The notes under the pieces are model-generated. The model searched no databases. It worked only from the letters and a program-made list of their open reading frames with translations, and was not told where the DNA came from. From positions 228,222,001 to 228,286,000 of the forward strand of contig JANJGN010000002.1 of assembly GCA_026770705.1 (NCBI GenBank): a DNA stretch of 64,000 nt. The letters run 5' to 3'. The position numbers and the translations under genes are program-made. This stretch comes from Isurus oxyrinchus. Lineage: Eukaryota. Shown one piece after another: positions 63,423 to 64,000 of the stretch. Positions within the stretch are counted from its first letter, which is position 1. Every line of letters begins with the position of its first letter.

Positions 63423-63722
63423 GGGGAGGTGGTGGCATAGTGGTATTGCCACTGAGCTAGCAATCAAGAGACCCAGGGCAATGCTCTGGGGACCCAGGTT
63501 CAAATCCTACCAAATCTGCAATCAAAAGTCTATTGATGACCATTAAAAAACAATTGTCATAAAAACCCATCTGGTTCACTAATGTCCTTTAGGGAAGGAA
63601 ATCTGCCATCCTTACCTGGTCTGGCCTACATGTGTCTCCAGACCCACAGCAACGTGGTTGAATTTTAAATGCCCTCTGAACAAGGACAATTAAGGATGGG
63701 CATTAAATGAATGAATGAAAAA
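63423..63722 (+). mobile_element. Full-length tRNA-head SINE = LINE A head + LINE A tail
   Basis: A box TGGCATAGTGG at 63433-63443, B box GGTTCAAATCC at 63497-63507, junction gccctctgaa|caaggacaatta, (tgaa)n tail. Confidence 0.88.
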
Positions 63723-63753
63723 TACAAGTTCTGCGGCCTTCCAGTTGTGTCCT

Positions 63754-64000
63754 GGAGCTGAATTTTCACCTCAGTTTGCGGGTGCACGCCCAACGCACAC
63801 AAGCATCAAATAGCGCACGATGATGTCAGTCGCGAGTCCCAACAGATATCGCCCACTCGTTTGATATTTTGATGGGTGGGGACATGTTTCCCTTTCTTTC
63901 AGAACCTTATTTTTTTATGTGAAAATTCTTCGGCTCCCTGAGGCAGCCCTGTGCCTTCAGGGACCATTCAGTGAGCGCGCCCATGGGCGTGCACTGACTT
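63754..64000. mobile_element. Multi-hairpin MITE relative, running off the window end
   Basis: Terminus ggagctgaattttcacc; hairpin ctccctgaggc..gccttcaggga. Confidence 0.65.

Noticed and set aside
63423-63510. tRNA gene
   Set aside because: The A and B boxes belong to a SINE head. No full cloverleaf is evident and the sequence continues into the SINE body.

Overview
This is eukaryotic, repeat-dense intronic or intergenic DNA. The repeat repertoire (CR1 LINEs, DeuSINE/SacSINE1-like SINEs, Penelope-like elements, Harbinger-type elements) points to a cartilaginous fish (shark); that assignment is an inference. I recognise no intact host protein-coding gene. Almost every ORF with a recognisable motif is a decayed transposon fragment (endonuclease [EN]/RT, GIY-YIG, Myb/SANT-like). 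The first ~2.2 kb is repeat-poor and has an RFX X-box and a strong splice donor, so it may be a promoter/first exon. The most interesting signal is a near full-length CR1/L2-group LINE (2615-5935). It has no ORF1, starts with a tRNA-like Pol III promoter head, and its sense strand almost lacks TTTT runs in all four longer copies here. SINEs in the window equal its head joined to its tail. Together these suggest a possible Pol III-transcribed LINE/SINE system. Other notable items are Penelope foldbacks with hammerhead-ribozyme remnants, multi-hairpin MITEs, and a 220-bp inverted duplication. Boundaries were read by eye and are approximate unless a TSD is quoted.
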